Origin: Eledone cirrhosa
Lineage: Eukaryota
Assembly (NCBI GenBank): GCA_964016885.1
Contig: OZ024744.1
Coordinates: 31,000,001-31,064,000, forward strand
DNA: 64,000 nt
Reading direction: 5' to 3'
Shown here piece after piece: positions 1 through 15,405 of the stretch. Position 1 is the first letter of the stretch. Every line of letters starts with the position of its first letter. The notes below the pieces were generated by a model, which saw only the letters and a list, made by a program, of their open reading frames with translations, searched no databases and was not told where the DNA came from. Position numbers and translations under genes: made by a program.

Positions 1-3000
1 CTCCCACTGTCACTGTCTCCGTCTCTCCCACTCTCTCCCACTCTCTCATATACACCAGGTCTAAACACAGAGGAACCAACCTCCCACTGTCACTGCCTCC
101 GTCTCTCTCACTCTCTCCCACTCTCTCATATACACCAGGTCCAAACACAGAGGAACCAACCTCCCACTGTCACTGACCACATCTCTCCCACTCTCTCCCT
201 ATCTCTCATATACACCAGGTCCAAACACAGAGCAACCAACCTCCCACTGTCACTGCCTCCATCTCTCTCACTCTCTCACTACCTCTCATATACACCAGGT
301 CCAAACACAGAGGAACCAACCTCCCACTGTCACTGCCTCCGTCTCTCTCACTCTCTCCCACTCTCTCATATAGACCAGGTACAAACACAGAGGAACCAAC
401 CTCCCATTGTCACTGCCTCCGTCTCTCCCACTCTCTCCCACTCTCTCATATACACCATGTCCAAACACAGAGGAACCAACCTCCCACTGTCACTGCCTCC
501 GTCTCTCCCACTCTCTCCCTCTCTCTCATATACACCAGGTCTAAACACAGAGGAACCAACCTCCCACTGTCACTGCCACCATCTCTCTCTCACTCTCCCT
601 ATCTCTCATATACACCAGGTCTAGACACAGAGGAATCAACCTCCCACTGTCACTGCCTCCGTCTCTCTCACTCTCTCCCTACCTCTCATATACACCAGGT
701 CCAAACACAGAGCAGCCAACCTCCCATTGTCACTGCCTCCATCTCTCCCACTCTCTCCCTATCTCTCATATACACCAGGTCTAAACACAGAGGAACCAAC
801 CTCCCACTGTCACTGCCTCCATCTCTCCCACTCTCCCTATCTCTCATATACACCAGGTCCAAACACAGAGCAGCCAACCTCCCACTGTCACTGCCTCCAT
901 CTCTCCCACTCTCTCCCTATCTCTCATATACACCAGATCCAAACTCAGAGGAACCAACCTCCCACTGTCACTGACCACATCTCTCCCACTCTCTCCCTAT
1001 CTCTCATATACACCAGGTCCAAACACAGAGGAACCAACCTCCCACTGTCACTGCCTCCATCTCTCCTACTCTCTCATTATCTCTCATATACACCAGGTCC
1101 AAACACAGAGGAAACAACCTCCCACTGTCACTGCCTCCGTCTCTCTCACTCTCCCTCTCTCTCATATACACCAGGTCCAAACACAGAGGAACCAACCTCC
1201 CACTGTCACTGACCACATCTCTCCCACTCTCTCCCTCTCTCTCATATATACCAGGTCCAAACACAGAGGAACCAACCTCCCACTGTCACTGACCACATCT
1301 CTCCCACTCTCTCCCTCTCTCTCATATACACCAGGTCCAAACACAGAGGAACCAACCTCCCACTGTCACTGACCACATCACTCCCACTCTCTCCCTCTCT
1401 CTCATATATACCAGGTCCAAACACAGAGGAACCAACCTCCCACTGTCACTGACCACATCTCTCCCACTCTCTCCCTATCTCTCATATACACCAGGTCCCA
1501 ACACAGAGGAACCAACCTCCCACTGTCACTGCCTCCATCTCTCTCTCACTCTCCCTATCTCTCATATACACCAGGTCCAAACACAGAGGAACCAACCTCC
1601 CACTGTCACTGCCTCCGTCTCTCCCACTCTCTCCCTATCTCTCATATACACCAGGTCCCAACACAGAGGAACCAACCTCCCACTGTCACTGCCTCCGTCT
1701 CTCCCACTCTCTCCCTATCTCTCATATACAACAGGTCCAAACACAGAGGAACCAACCTCCCACTGTCACTGCCTCTGTCTCACCCACTCTCTCCCACTCT
1801 CTCATATACACCAGGTCTAAACACAGAGGAACCAACCTCCCACTGTCACTGCCTCCGTCTCTCTCACTCTCTCCCACTCTCTCATATAGACCAGGTACAA
1901 ACACAGAGGAACCAACCTCCCGCTGTCACTGCCTCCATCTCTCTCTCACTCTCCCTATCTCTCATATACACCAGGTCCCAACACAGAGGAACCAACCTCC
2001 CACTGTCACTGTCTCCGTCTCTCCCACTCTCTCCCACTCTCTCATATACACCAGGTCTAAACACAGAGGAACCAACCTCCCACTGTCACTGCCTCCGTCT
2101 CTCTCACTCTCTCCCACTCTCTCATATAGACCAGGTACAAACACAGAGGAACCAACCTCCCACTGTCACTGCCTCCATCTCTCTCTCACTCTCCCTATCT
2201 CTCATATACACCAGGTCCAAACACAGAGGAACCAACCTCCCACTGTCACTGACCACATCTCTCCCACTCTCTCCCTATCTCTCATATACACCAGGTCCAA
2301 ACACAGAGGAACCAACCTCCCACTGTCACTGCCTCCATCTCTCTCACTCTCTCACTATCTCTCATATACACCAGGTCCAAACACAGAGGAACCAACCTCC
2401 CACTGTCACTGCCTCCGTCTCTCTCACTCTCTCCCACTCTCTCATATAGACCAGGTACAAACACAGAGGAACCAACCTCCCACTGTCACTGCCTCCGTCT
2501 CTCCCACTCTCTCCCACTCTCTCATATACACCATGTCCAAACACAGAGGAACCAACCTCCCACTGTCACTGCCTCCGTCTCTCCCACTCTCTCCCTCTCT
2601 CTCATATACACCAGGTCTAAACACAGAGGAACCAACCTCCCACTGTCACTGCCTCCATCTCTCTCTCACTCTCCCTATCTCTCATATACACCAGGTCTAG
2701 ACACAGAGGAATCAACCTCCCACTGTCACTGCCTCCGTCTCTCTCACTCTCTCCCTACCTCTCATATACACCAGGTCCAAACACAGAGCAGCCAACCTCC
2801 CATTGTCACTGCCTCCATCTCTCCCACTCTCTCCCTATCTCTCATATACACCAGGTCTAAACACAGAGGAACCAACCTCCCACTGTCACTGCCTCCATCT
2901 CTCCCACTCTCCCTATCTCTCATATACACCAGGTCTAAACACAGAGGAACCAACCTCCCACTGACACTGCCTCCATCTCTCCCACTCTCTCCCTATCTCT

Positions 3001-6000
3001 CATATACACCAGGTCTAAACACAGAGGAACCAACCTCCCACTGTCACTGCCTCCGTCTCTCTCCCACTCTCTCCCTATTTCTCATATACACCAGGTCTAA
3101 ACACAGAGGAACCAACCTCCCACTGTCACTGCCTCCGTCTCTCTCACTCTCCCTATCTCTCATATACACCAGGTCCAAACACAGAGGAACCAACCTCCCA
3201 TTGTCACTGCCTCCGTCTCTCCCACTCTCTCCCTATTTCTCATATACACCAGGTCCAAACACAGAGGAACCAACCTCCCACTGTCACAGCCTCCGTCTCT
3301 CCCACTCTCTCCCTATCTCTCATATACACCAGGTCTAAACACAGAGGAACCAACCCCCCACTGTCTCTGCCTCCATCTCTCCCACTCTCTCCCTATTTCT
3401 CATATACACCAGGTCCAAACACAGAGGAACCAACCTCCCACTGTCACTGCCTCCATCTCTCCCACTCTCTCCCTATTTCTCATATACACCAGGTCCAAAC
3501 ACAGAGGAACCAACCTCCCACTGTCACTGCCTCCATCTCTCCCACTCTCTCCCTATTTCTCATATACACCAGGTCCAAACACAGAGGAACCAACCTCCCA
3601 CTGTCACTGCCTCCATCTCTCCCACTCTCCCTATCTCTCATATACACCAGGTCTAAACACAGAGGAACCAACCTCCCACTGACACTGCCTCCATCTCTCC
3701 CACTCTCCCTATCTCTCATATACACCAGGTCTAAACACAGAGGAACCAACCTCCCACTGACACTGCCTCCATCTCTCCCACTCTCCCTATCTCTCATATA
3801 CACCAGGTCTAAACACAGAGGAACCAACCTCCCACTGACACTGCCTCCATCTCTCCCACTCTCCCTATCTCTCATATACACCATGTCCAAACACAGAGGA
3901 ACCAACCTCCCACTGTCACTGCCTCCGTCTCTCCCACTCTCTCCCTATCTCTCATATACACCAGGTCCAAACACAGAGGAACCAACCTCCCACTGTCACT
4001 GCCTCCATCTCTCCCACTCTCCCTATCTCTCATATACACCAGGTCTAAACACAGAGGAACCAACCTCCCACTGACACTGCCTCCATCTCTCCCACTCTCC
4101 CTATCTCTCATATACACCAGGTCTAAACACAGAGGAACCAACCTCCCACTGACACTGCCTCCATCTCTCCCACTCTCCCTATCTCTCATATACACCAGGT
4201 CCAAACACAGAGGAACCAACCTCCCACTGTCACTGCCTCCGTCTCTCACCCATTCTCCCTATCTCTCATATACACCAGGTCCAAACACAGAGGAACCAAC
4301 CTCCCACTGTCACTGCCTCCGTCTCTCCCACTCTCCCTATATCTCATATACACCTGATCTAAACACAGAGGAACCAACCTCCCACTGTCACTGCCTCCGT
4401 CTCTCCCACTCTCCCTATCTCTCATATACACCAGGTCCAAACACAGAGCAGCCAACCTCCCACTGTCACTGCCTCCATCTCTTCCACTCTCTCCCTATCT
4501 CTCATATACACCAGGTCCAAACACAGAGGAACCAACCTCCCACTGTCACTGACCACATCTCTCCCACTCTCTCCCTATCTCTCATATACACCAGGTCCAA
4601 ACACAGAGGAACCAACCTCCCACTGTCACTGCCTCCATCTCTCCCACTCTCTCATTATCTCTCATATACACCAGGTCCAAACACAGAGGAACCAACCTCC
4701 CACTGTCACTGCCTCCGTCTCTCTCACTCTCCCTCTCTCTCATATACACCAGGTCCAAACACAGAGGAACCAACCTCCCACTGTCACTGACCACATCTCT
4801 CCCACTCTCTCCCTCTCTCTCATATATACCAGGTCCAAACACAGAGGAACCAACCTCCCACTGTCACTGACCACATCTCTCCCACTCTCTCCCTCTCTCT
4901 CATATACACCAGGTCCAAACACAGAGGAACCAACCTCCCACTGTCACTGACCACATCTCTCCCACTCTCTCCCTCTCTCTCATATATACCAGGTCCAAAC
5001 ACAGAGGAACCAACCTCCCACTGTCACTGACTACATCTCTCCCACTCTCTCCCTATCTCTCATATACACCAGGTCCCAACACAGAGGAACCAACCTCCCA
5101 CTGTCACTGCCTCCATCTCTCTCTCACTCTCCCTATCTCTCATATACACCAGGTCCAAACACAGAGGAACCAACCTCCCACTGTCACTGCCTCCGTCTCT
5201 CCCACTCTCTCCCTATCTCTCATATACACCAGGTCCCAACACAGAGGAACCAACCTCCCACTGTCACTGCCTCCATCTCTCTATCACTCTCCCTATCTCT
5301 CATATACAACAGGTCCAAACACAGAGGAACCAACCTCCCACTGTCACTGCCTCCGTCTCTCCCACTCTCTACCACTCTCTCATATACACCAGGTCTAAAC
5401 ACAGAGGAACCAACCTCCCACTGTCACTGCCTCCGTCTCTCTCACTCTCTCCCACTCTCTCATATAGACCAGGTACAAACACAGAGGAACCAACCTCCCG
5501 CTGTCACTGCCTCCATGTCTCTCTCACTCTCCCTATCTCTCATATACACCAGGTCCCAACACAGAGGAACCAACCTCCCACTGTCACTGTCTCCGTCTCT
5601 CCCACTCTCTCCCACTCTCTCATATACACCAGGTCTAAACACAGAGGAACCAACCTCCCACTGTCACTGCCTCCGTCTCTCTCACTCTCTCCCACTCTCT
5701 CATATAGACCAGGTACAAACACAGAGGAACCAACCTCCCACTGTCAGTGCCTCCATCTCTCTCTCACTCTCCCTATCTCTCATATACACCAGGTCCAAAC
5801 ACAGAGGAACCAACCTCCCACTGTCACTGACCACATCTCTCCCACTCTCTCCCTATCTCTCATATACACCAGGTCCAAACACAGAGCAACCAACCTCCCA
5901 CTGTCACTGCCTCCATCTCTCTCACTCTCTCACTACCTCTCATATACACCAGGTCCAAACACAGAGGAACCAACCTCCCACTGTCACTGCCTCCGTCTCT

Positions 6001-9000
6001 CTCACTCTCTCCCACTCTCTCATATAGACCAGGTACAAACACAGAGGAACCAACCTCCCATTGTCACTGCCTCCGTCTCTCCCACTCTCTCCCACTCTCT
6101 CATATACACCATGTCCAAACACAGAGGAACCAACCTCCCACTGTCACTGCCTCCGTCTCTCCCACTCTCTCCCTCTCTCTCATATACACCAGGTCTAAAC
6201 ACAGAGGAACCAACCTCCCACTGTCACTGCCACCATCTCTCTCTCACTCTCCCTATCTCTCATATACACCTGGTCTAGACACAGAGCAATCAACCTCCCA
6301 CTGTCACTGCCTCCGTCTCTCTCACTCTCTCCCTACCTCTCATATACACCAGGTCCAAACACAGAGCAGCCAACCTCCCATTGTCACTGCCTCCATCTCT
6401 CCCACTCTCTCCCTATCTCTCATATACACCAGGTCTAAACACAGAGGAACCAACCTCCCACTGTCACTGCCTCCATCTCTCCCACTCTCCCTATCTCTCA
6501 TATACACCAGGTCCAAACACAGAGCAGCCAACCTCCCACTGTCACTGCCTCCATCTCTCCCACTCTCTCCCTATCTCTCATATACACCAGATCCAAACTC
6601 AGAGGAACCAACCTCCCACTGTCACTGACCACATCTCTCCCACTCTCTCCCTATCTCTCATATACACCAGGTCCAAACACAGAGGAACCAACCTCCCACT
6701 GTCACTGCCTCCATCTCTCCTACTCTCTCATTATCTCTCATATACACCAGGTCCAAACACAGAGGAAACAACCTCCCACTGTCACTGCCTCCGTCTCTCT
6801 CACTCTCCCTCTCTCTCATATACACCAGGTCCAAACACAGAGGAACCAACCTCCCACTGTCACTGACCACATCTCTCCCACTCTCTCCCTCTCTCTCATA
6901 TATACCAGGTCCAAACACAGAGGAACCAACCTCCCACTGTCACTGACCACATCTCTCCCACTCTCTCCCTCTCTCTCATATACACCAGGTCCAAACACAG
7001 AGGAACCAACCTCCCACTGTCACTGACCACATCACTCCCACTCTCTCCCTCTCTCTCATATATACCAGGTCCAAACACAGAGGAACCAACCTCCCACTGT
7101 CACTGACCACATCTCTCCCACTCTCTCCCTATCTCTCATATACACCAGGTCCCAACACAGAGGAACCAACCTCCCACTGTCACTGCCTCCATCTCTCTCT
7201 CACTCTCCCTATCTCTCATATACACCAGGTCCAAACACAGAGGAACCAACCTCCCACTGTCACTGCCTCCGTCTCTCCCACTCTCTCCCTATCTCTCATA
7301 TACACCAGGTCCCAACACAGAGGAACCAACCTCCCACTGTCACTGCCTCCGTCTCTCCCACTCTCTCCCTATCTCTCATATACAACAGGTCCAAACACAG
7401 AGGAACCAACCTCCCACTGTCACTGCCTCTGTCTCACCCACTCTCTCCCACTCTCTCATATACACCAGGTCTAAACACAGAGGAACCAACCTCCCACTGT
7501 CACTGCCTCCGTCTCTCTCACTCTCTCCCACTCTCTCATATAGACCAGGTACAAACACAGAGGAACCAACCTCCCGCTGTCACTGCCTCCATCTCTCTCT
7601 CACTCTCCCTATCTCTCATATACACCAGGTCCCAACACAGAGGAACCAACCTCCCACTGTCACTGTCTCCGTCTCTCCCACTCTCTCCCACTCTCTCATA
7701 TACACCAGGTCTAAACACAGAGGAACCAACCTCCCACTGTCACTGCCTCCGTCTCTCTCACTCTCTCCCACTCTCTCATATAGACCAGGTACAAACACAG
7801 AGGAACCAACCTCCCACTGTCACTGCCTCCATCTCTCTCTCACTCTCCCTATCTCTCATATACACCAGGTCCAAACACAGAGGAACCAACCTCCCACTGT
7901 CACTGACCACATCTCTCCCACTCTCTCCCTATCTCTCATATACACCAGGTCCAAACACAGAGGAACCAACCTCCCACTGTCACTGCCTCCATCTCTCTCA
8001 CTCTCTCACTATCTCTCATATACACCAGGTCCAAACACAGAGGAACCAACCTCCCACTGTCACTGCCTCCGTCTCTCTCACTCTCTCATTATCTCTCATA
8101 TACACCAGGTCCAAACACAGAGGAAACAACCTCCCACTGTCACTGCCTCCGTCTCTCTCACTCTCCCTCTCTCTCATATACACCAGGTCCAAACACAGAG
8201 GAACCAACCTCCCACTGTCACTGCCTCCATCTCTCCCACTCTCTCCCTATTTCTCATATACACCAGGTCCAAACACAGAGGAACCAACCTCCCACTGTCA
8301 CTGCCTCCATCTCTCCCACTCTCTCCCTATTTCTCATATACACCAGGTCCAAACACAGAGGAACCAACCTCCCACTGTCACTGCCTCCATCTCTCCCACT
8401 CTCTCCCTATTTCTCATATACACCAGGTCCAAACACAGAGGAACCAACCTCCCACTGTCACTGCCTCCATCTCTCCCACTCTCCCTATCTCTCATATACA
8501 CCAGGTCTAAACACAGAGGAACCAACCTCCCACTGACACTGCCTCCATCTCTCCCACTCTCCCTATCTCTCATATACACCAGGTCTAAACACAGAGGAAC
8601 CAACCTCCCACTGACACTGCCTCCATCTCTCCCACTCTCCCTATCTCTCATATACACCAGGTCTAAACACAGAGGAACCAACCTCCCACTGACACTGCCT
8701 CCATCTCTCCCACTCTCCCTATCTCTCATATACACCATGTCCAAACACAGAGGAACCAACCTCCCACTGTCACTGCCTCCGTCTCTCCCACTCTCTCCCT
8801 ATCTCTCATATACACCAGGTCCAAACACAGAGGAACCAACCTCCCACTGTCACTGCCTCCATCTCTCCCACTCTCCCTATCTCTCATATACACCAGGTCT
8901 AAACACAGAGGAACCAACCTCCCACTGACACTGCCTCCATCTCTCCCACTCTCCCTATCTCTCATATACACCAGGTCTAAACACAGAGGAACCAACCTCC

Positions 9001-9434
9001 CACTGACACTGCCTCCATCTCTCCCACTCTCCCTATCTCTCATATACACCAGGTCCAAACACAGAGGAACCAACCTCCCACTGTCACTGCCTCCGTCTCT
9101 CACCCATTCTCCCTATCTCTCATATACACCAGGTCCAAACACAGAGGAACCAACCTCCCACTGTCACTGCCTCCGTCTCTCCCACTCTCCCTATATCTCA
9201 TATACACCTGATCTAAACACAGAGGAACCAACCCCACTGACACTGCCTCCATCTCTCCCACTCTCCCTATCTCTCATATACACCATGTCCAAACACAGAG
9301 GAACCAACCTCCCACTGTCACTGCCTCCGTCTCTCCCACTCTCTCCCTATCTCTCATATACACCAGGTCTAAACACAGAGAACCCAACCTCCCACTGTCA
9401 CTGCCTCCATCTCTCTCACTCTCCCCGTCTCTCA
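1..9434. repeat. 80-bp tandem satellite (with 78-bp variants), ~118 monomers visible, truncated by window start, higher-order structured
   Basis: Monomer CATATACACCAGGTCCAAACACAGAGGAACCAACCTCCCACTGTCACTGCCTCCATCTCTCCCACTCTCTCCCTATCTCT repeats continuously; identical variant strings recur at +5654 (ORF pairs 206/5860, 727/6381, 1722/7376). Confidence 0.98.
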
Positions 9435-9439
9435 CTATC

Positions 9440-9895
9440 ATAAGCAAATGTGGGGCACAAGCACTCGCCGCCCTGCGACCCCACCGGAGGATGGTGAAGG
9501 AGGCGAGTAGCCGATAGGAGTGAGTAGGAATGTGGTCCTAGGGCCAAGGACACCAGAAGTCTCCACTGCCACGGAATCGACCACAAAACTGTCCGAGAGC
9601 GACAGATATTTCGAGTTTACCCTCCTCGGATTGAAGTGCAGCAGCACCTGGGCTAGTCACAGACTGCGCTAGGTTGCCGCTAGAGAATGTGTCGCTGCAT
9701 GTGGTATCCCAGATGAGGAGTCTACCACCACGAACGGGAAGATGGTCATGCGGTCTGCCCTCGGTTCAGCCACACCGATTCATGCTTTAAGACCATGTTG
9801 AGACCAGCATGGCGTTGAAGGCGGCCGGCACTGTAGTGACAGGACAGTCTGTGAAGTCCGACAGAGTCTCCGGTGGATCCGCACCGACATTTGTG
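9440..9895 (-). mobile_element. 3' remnant of CRE-like non-LTR retrotransposon (Zn knuckle + restriction-like endonuclease), frameshifted
   Basis: Minus-strand translation across frameshifts: HKCRCGSTGDSVGLHRLSCHYSAGRLQRHAGLN...MTIFPF...LIWDTTCSDTFS...KYLSLSDSFVVDSVAVETSGVLG, matching the CxC..H..C..RH / PDG..WD.TC.DT / KY..AVET.G pattern of CRE-clade C-termini. Confidence 0.75.
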
Positions 9896-10009
9896 TTTCT
9901 CGTAGATCTTTTTACCTACACATATATAAGGTGAAACAATTGTTCTGGGTGCTCTACTACTATGGATATAACCCTCCAGTCTTCTACTATCACATATATA
10001 TATATATAT

Positions 10010-10262
10010 ATTGTTATACTTGGGGAGGGTCATATTGTTGTAATAATATTGCCAGAAATAATAACAGGTCACACTCACTGTTTGGTTGGTTTTCACTTCT
10101 GTATCTTTTATATCTCCATAGTTAATTTATTTGGCAATCAATGTTTATCATTGATTGACGAACGGATAAAAATACAGATATAAATATATATATATAGTCA
10201 ATCAAAGTTCTTTCGCTGCACATCTGCAACATCATCAGTGGTACTATTATGTTTCCCCCTAT
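10010..10262 (-). mobile_element. Penelope-like element terminal repeat (family B) with hammerhead motif
   Basis: Same sequence recurs at 31955-32200 and 58445-58720, where it lies 3' of GIY-YIG coding remnants; sits in a TA tract. Confidence 0.75.
10195..10246 (-). ncRNA. Minimal type-I hammerhead ribozyme motif (family B)
   Basis: Minus strand TAGTACCA-CTGATGA-T-GTTGCA-GATG-TGCAGC-GAAA-GAAC-TT-TGATTGACTA; core boxes and stem II clear, stem I imperfect. Confidence 0.65.
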
Positions 10263-10431
10263 TGTATTGTAATGTCTACACCATATATTTATAAGGGATT
10301 CTCTCTATGTTGTTAGCGACGCTCGTGTTTCGCAGCCAGTGTCTCGGATTCGAGCGCTGGTTTACACACACTAACATGCACACATATACACAAACGCACG
10401 CACACACTCACACACAAACATCTATATATAA

Positions 10432-10460
10432 CTAGATCACCCGTGACCCGTTGGGTCACG
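10432..10460 (-). mobile_element. Helitron-type 3' terminus (hairpin + CTAG|T)
   Basis: Minus strand CGTGACCC-AAC-GGGTCACG-GGTGAT-CTAG|T. Confidence 0.6.
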
Positions 10461-10574
10461 TTTGCTTCAAAATACATTTTTTTAAATCATGTTCACTTAA
10501 AGATAATTTTTAAATAATTAAAATAATTCAAATATACACAAACATGTATATAATGTGAAATGAAACTGGAAGGC

Positions 10575-10622
<48 letters not shown>

Positions 10623-10669
10623 GCGGGGGATCTGTGATCTATATACACTGTTCATAGACACACCCACAT

Positions 10670-11723
10670 ATACATGGAACTGCGCTTGGAGGATATTGTG
10701 TCAGCTGCTGATGGCGGTGCAGTGTCTGCTGTGGCTGTACAGGCCCACACAGGAATGGCAGTCCTGTATACAGCGGCTGCATTTGTAGATACTCTCATCC
10801 GCTGCTACTGTGCTTTTCTTTTATCAAGCGCGCTTTACCTCAGAGGCAAGTTTCAGTTTTTCCTCCCCTCACTCCATCCCCTTTCGCAGTACACGTCTCC
10901 ATCATAGCCTATTATTAGTGACCTCCTTCCATCTCATGCAGACGTCTTTGAAACAAAGATGAGGTCGGCCTCGTGCTCCTGTGCCGGTGGCCAGTTCCCT
11001 ATACAGTAAGTCCTTTGTGATCCTTCCGTCCGGCATACGATGTACGTGACCGAGCCAGCGCAGACGGCGCTGTTTGAGCAGTGTGAGTATGTTGGGTGTC
11101 TTGGCGATGTTGAGGACTTCAGTGTTGGTGACCCGGTCATTCTACTTGATATCCAAAATGCTTCTCAGGCTACGAAGATTGAAGACATTGAGACGCCGCT
11201 CCCGTCTTAAGTTGAGCTTCCATGTCTCTCTGCCGTAAAGTAATGAACTGAGGACCCATGCCTTGTAGACAGTAATCTTGGTGTTTGTAGTTAGTTTTCC
11301 GTTCTCCCAGACTCTCTTCGTCAGCCTGGCAAATGGGGTGGTTGCTCGTCGAACTATCCTGCAGATATCGGGGGTCCAGGGAGAGGTTGTAAGTGAGGGT
11401 GGAACCAAGGCAGATGAATTCGTGGATCACCTCCAGCTCGTAGTTGTTGATAGTGATAGGGAAGAGGGGGGGGCTGACATTTTGACTCAGTACATTGGTT
11501 TTCTTCAGAACAATTGTCAGGCAGATCCCTGGCAGACCCTTGAGGGTTTGTTCATGAGATGCTGCATTTGCTCCTCAGAGTGCGCTGCTAATATCGCGGT
11601 AACCCTAGAACAGCATTTCTCTGATAAGTACCTGGCGAACCTTGGATTTCGCTTTCCGCCTTGACAGACTTAACAGCCTCAGGTGTGGAGGTAGACAAAA
11701 GATGTCAAAAAGAATGGGGGCAA
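10670..11723 (-). mobile_element. Degenerate 5'-truncated RTE (BovB-like) LINE
   Basis: Fragments APILFDIF, KSKVRQVLIREMLF, EFICLGST, VYKAWVLSSLLYGRETW..RRLNVFNLRSLRSILDI and a C-terminal Cys/His finger-like YKCSRCIQDCHSCVGLYSH; many frameshifts. Confidence 0.85.
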
Positions 11724-11823
11724 TATAAACATATATATATATATATACATACACACATACAGATATATGTATATATATATATATATATATTGGAAAATGT
11801 GTGTAATCCTTGATACAGTTAGG

Positions 11824-12067
<244 letters not shown>

Positions 12068-12321
12068 GTGCATTGATATACAGACACATTTTCCTCATAT
12101 GCAAATAGAACAAAAAGCAGCTAGCATATAAAATAAAATATAAAAACTACTAAGGAACAAAAAAAAACATCAATGAACTAACAAAAAAAAATCAACAACT
12201 AAATATTAAAATATAAAATGTACTTCCAATTACTAATGAGCATACATACAGAGTGACACACATGTTAATACATGCGTATATATATATATATACACATATA
12301 TATATACATATATATATATAT

Positions 12322-12454
<133 letters not shown>

Positions 12455-12680
12455 ATATGCGAATATATTTATATATATATATGAATATATATATATATAT
12501 GTATACATATATACATATAGTCATAAATATACATATATACAATCACACACACATATATATATATGTGTATATATATATAATGTATGAATATATATATATA
12601 CACGCCTATGTTTGTAAGGTGTGTACGTGTGTGTGCGTCTGTGTATGTGTATATATATATACATATACATATATATATGC

Positions 12681-13106
<426 letters not shown>

Positions 13107-13186
13107 TTGTAAAAATTATCCCCTGTGATTGTTTCATATGTTTATTTATATGTTAATCAATTTCTAGTTGTTATATATATATATGA

Positions 13187-13217
<31 letters not shown>

Positions 13218-13244
13218 TAGATATAGTCATAAATATACATATAT

Positions 13245-13276
<32 letters not shown>

Positions 13277-13277
<1 letters not shown>

Positions 13278-14631
13278 ATGGAGTGATTGTACCATTACCG
13301 AAGAAGGGCTGTCTCGGTGACTGCAACAACTGGAGAGGGATCACGTTGCTATCAGTGCCAGGGAAGGTATTCTGCACAGTCATCTTGAACCGGCTGAGAG
13401 CAGAAGTAGATCGTCATCTTCGAGACGAACAGGCTGGCTTCCGCAGTGGAAGGTCTTGTTCAGAGCAGATCTTCACTCTCCGAAATATCATTGAACAATG
13501 TCGGGAGTTCCACAAGTCCCTTGTTGTCAACTACATTGACTTCAGGAAAGCTTTCTACAGTGTTCACCGGGAGTCATTGTGGAAGATTGTATGACTCTAC
13601 GGTATCCCAGAGAAATATATTAACATCTTCAGATCGCTGTACCGACATTCCAGGTGCTGCGTTAGGACAAAGGACAGAAACACGGAAATGTTTGACATCT
13701 TGACGGGTGTTCGTCAAGGCTGCATCCTTTCGCCTTTCCTTTTCCTCATTGTCATCGATTTTATCATGAAGAAGACAATGAGTGACCCTCGTTTTGGCAT
13801 CAGTTGGGATGGAAGGAGATTAAGCGACCTGGACTTTGCCGATGACATCGCAGTGATAGGCCATTCCCGAGAAGATCTGCAAGAGATGACAAACATTCTA
13901 AATAACAATGCAGAGAAAGTTGGCCTGCGCATCAGTTGTGAAAAAACCAAGACCATGTCGACAGGTGACCCTCCAAATCCTCCCATCATGGTTGGTCGGC
14001 GTAACATTGAATGTGTAAACCACTTCCAATACCTTAGCAGCAACATCTCTGACGATGGGGATACTGAGGTGGATGTGCGCACAAGGCTGGGAAAAGCAAC
14101 GGCGGTCTTCCAGCGACTCCGTCCGGTATGGTCCAGGTGTTCCATCAGCAACGCCGTCAAATTCCGTGTTTACATGTCCATTGTAGTACCAACAGCGATA
14201 TATGCCTGTGAGACATGGAAGAGTACGGAAAGAATATGTAACAAGCTTGATGTATTCCACCGTCGTTGCATTCGGACCATATTGAAAATTTCATGGAGAG
14301 ACCAAGTTAGCAACGAGGAAGTGATGAGGAGGTCAGGATTGGAGAGGTTAAGGGACATTGTCCGGAAAAGGAGACGGCGGTTCACGAGCCACATCCTTCG
14401 TTTGCCGGCAGATCGACCTGCTCATATTGCCATGGATTGGGTACCAGAAGGTGGCAGGAGAGAACGGGGAAGACCACGAAAAACATGGCGGAGCACATTC
14501 AGGGAGGACCTGCGTGAGATGGGAATTACCTGGAGAGGGGCTAGAAGGGCCGCCAGTGACAGGATCAAGTGGAGGAAGCTCGTCGCCCAATGTTCCACAA
14601 GGGACTGGAGGAACTAAGACTAAGACTAAGA
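13277..14631 (+). mobile_element. 5'-truncated RTE LINE; RT and C-terminus nearly intact (one in-frame TGA at 13592-13594); (TAAGAC)n tail
   Basis: ORFs 13283-13594 and 13688-14617 are in the same frame: PKKG..C.NWRGITLLS, EQAGFRSGRSC, GVRQGCILSP, DLDFADD, YACETW, RGRPRKTW; inserted after (CA)n. Confidence 0.95.
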
Positions 14632-14778
14632 TGTGTATATGTATATATGTATATATGTATATATGTATATATGTATATATGTATTAATATATACATATAT
14701 ATATATATATTATGTGAATACACACACACATATATATATATGTGTGAATATAAAAAAAAAATTATATATATATATCTT

Positions 14779-14867
<89 letters not shown>

Positions 14868-15040
14868 TATATATATATATCTTCACACACATATATATAT
14901 ATATATATATAAAATTTATATATATATATATAAAATGTATATATATATATCTTCACACAAATATATATATATATATAAAATTTATATATATATATATAAA
15001 ATTTATATATATATATATAAAATTTATATATATATATCTT

Positions 15041-15107
<67 letters not shown>

Positions 15108-15223
15108 GTATATATGTCACAGTGTCACTTTCTTTCGCTCTATGCCTTTCAGCCTCTCTATCTAAATTGTTCCCTCTATCTCCTGCTACACCTCTTTAGA
15201 TATATATATGATTGCAGACACAT

Positions 15224-15301
<78 letters not shown>

Positions 15302-15329
15302 ATACATATATATACATATACATACACAC

Positions 15330-15405
<76 letters not shown>

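Noticed and set aside
1-9434. CRISPR-like array, or repeated 60-170 aa ORFs
   Set aside because: No unique spacers; the whole monomer is conserved. 80 bp is not a multiple of 3, so the ORFs are translation artefacts. No cas genes, and the context is eukaryotic.
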